IMG/VR virus record: IMGVR_UViG_2563366863_000004
DNA length: 18,817 nucleotides
Reading direction: 5' to 3' (one strand)
Source: a virus
Lineage: Duplodnaviria > Heunggongvirae > Uroviricota > Caudoviricetes
Made by a program: the position numbers and the translations under genes
Shown here: piece by piece, positions 17,826 through 18,817 of the stretch
Numbering within the stretch: the stretch's first letter is position 1
Layout: each line of letters begins with the position of its first letter
Notes under the pieces: model-generated
Database searches by the model: none
The model's input: the letters and a program-made list of their open reading frames with translations, nothing else
Told to the model about the DNA's origin: nothing

Positions 17826-18494
17826 CTATTTTTTCCCTGAAGCGGAAAACATTACTACAGTACCTTGAACCTTGGTTTTAACATTCTCGAAATGCTCTGA
17901 GAGTATATGTGTTAAGCCTTCTTCGGAATCTTTTGTGTTTGAAAAGATGCCTTTCTGATTGTAAATGCGCATCAGTTTTTGACCGAAGCTATTGTGCACA
18001 ACTCCATCGCCAAGAATTGTGGCTCCGTATAGAGTTCCATCGTCAGTTAAGGCCTGCGCCGCATTGCGTATTACACAGCTTTTTGTAGATATATTTCCAG
18101 GCAGGCAGTGAAGAAGGTAAAACATGGAAATGGAATCAAATTGACCATGTAACGCCGCGGGATAAGGTTCAAAAACATCATGGCTAATTTTATGTTTAAT
18201 TTTTGATTCCCCAGCCCTTGTAGATGCCGCGTTCAGGCTAGCTTCGTTCAAATCCATTAAAGATATCAGACTACTCTCAGGTACGTGAGTAAGGTAAAAC
18301 CCAGTTCCAACACCAATATCCAGATGGTTGTTACCTACATGTTCCAGAAAGTGTGGAAGAAGGTGTTCCTTTGTAGGACATCCCCATGCAAGCCGATTTG
18401 ATACTCCCAAAACCCACCAGTCATAAAGCTTTAGGGTAAGTGGTGTGTAAATTTTAGCCCCATCATCTGTGTTTTTTTTCATTGATTTCACCAT
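17826..18494 (-). CDS. Class I SAM-dependent methyltransferase (moron, unknown substrate)
   Basis: 222-aa ORF on the opposite strand from the tail genes. Motif-I-like LDIGVGTGFY fits a Rossmann-fold AdoMet methyltransferase. Region is visibly AT-richer than the tail genes. An alternative start at 18482 (MKKNTDD...) has a better GGTGA SD. The arrangement resembles the tfaD-ybcY-tfaX layout I recall from E. coli K-12 DLP12; this is from memory and unverified. Confidence 0.75.
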   Translation of the reverse strand: MVKSMKKNTDDGAKIYTPLTLKLYDWWVLGVSNRLAWGCPTKEHLLPHFLEHVGNNHLDIGVGTGFYLTHVPESSLISLMDLNEASLNAASTRAGESKIKHKISHDVFEPYPAALHGQFDSISMFYLLHCLPGNISTKSCVIRNAAQALTDDGTLYGATILGDGVVHNSFGQKLMRIYNQKGIFSNTKDSEEGLTHILSEHFENVKTKVQGTVVMFSASGKK

Positions 18495-18550
18495 GTTATA
18501 GTTTTATTTGTGAATTAAATCAATTATGGCGATGAATTACAAGGGGTTAA

Positions 18551-18817
18551 ATGCTGCCGCAGCATAGCGATATTGAAATAGCCTGGTATGCTTCGATACA
18601 GCAGGAGCCGAATGACTGGAAGACCGTCACCACACAGTTCCACATCCAGGAATTCAGTGAGTATATTGCGCCACTGCAGGATGCTGTAGATCTGGAAATC
18701 GCAACGGCGGAAGAAAGATCGTTGCTGGAGGCATGGAATAAATATCGGGTATTGTTGAATCGTGTTGATACATCAACTGCACCTGATATTGAGTGGCCGA
18801 CTTCACCTGCAGAGTAA
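18551..18817 (+). CDS. Short Tfa-like protein or tfa gene fragment (Tfa C-terminal domain with an unrelated 35-aa N-terminus)
   Basis: 88-aa ORF with a strong AAGGGG SD. Its C-terminal 53 aa ([53 protein letters not shown]) are near-identical to the Tfa C-terminus; the N-terminal [35 protein letters not shown] has no counterpart in Tfa. Stop is at the window end. Confidence 0.6.
   Translation: MLPQHSDIEIAWYASIQQEPNDWKTVTTQFHIQEFSEYIAPLQDAVDLEIATAEERSLLEAWNKYRVLLNRVDTSTAPDIEWPTSPAE
18656..18817. repeat. Direct repeat copy 2: tfa 3' end
   Basis: See copy 1 at 17607-17771; the two copies bracket the minus-strand methyltransferase gene. Confidence 0.7.

Noticed and set aside
1-18817. Search for CRISPR arrays, tRNA or tmRNA, integrase/att sites and Chi (GCTGGTGG) sites
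   Set aside because: No regularly spaced direct repeats, no cloverleaf-like segments, no integrase or recombinase gene apart from the IS1 transposase, and no exact Chi octamer found on visual inspection. The window appears to be internal to the prophage.

Overview
This window is the head-to-tail morphogenesis arm of a lambda-type (lambdoid) siphovirus prophage, almost certainly from an enterobacterial host. All structural genes are on the + strand in the canonical lambda order: E (3' end), FI, FII, Z, U, V, G/G-T, H (tape measure), M, L, K, I, J, lom, stf, tfa. Gene lengths match lambda for FII, Z, U, V, G, T, H, M and L. Departures from the lambda layout are: (1) a 343-bp AT-rich non-coding insert between I and J with two strong hairpins; (2) a J gene of 1230 codons, longer than lambda J; (3) a complete IS1 copy (768 bp, insA/insB on the - strand) inserted into stf, flanked by an 8-bp direct repeat, whose removal restores one continuous stf frame; (4) a minus-strand class-I SAM methyltransferase moron after tfa, bracketed by direct repeats of the tfa 3' end, the second forming a short chimeric tfa-like ORF. 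No tRNA, rRNA or CRISPR array was seen. I found no clearly novel multi-gene system; the best candidates for follow-up are the I-J insert and the methyltransferase/tfa' module. All homology statements rest on gene order, lengths and recalled lambda protein sequences, not on a database search.
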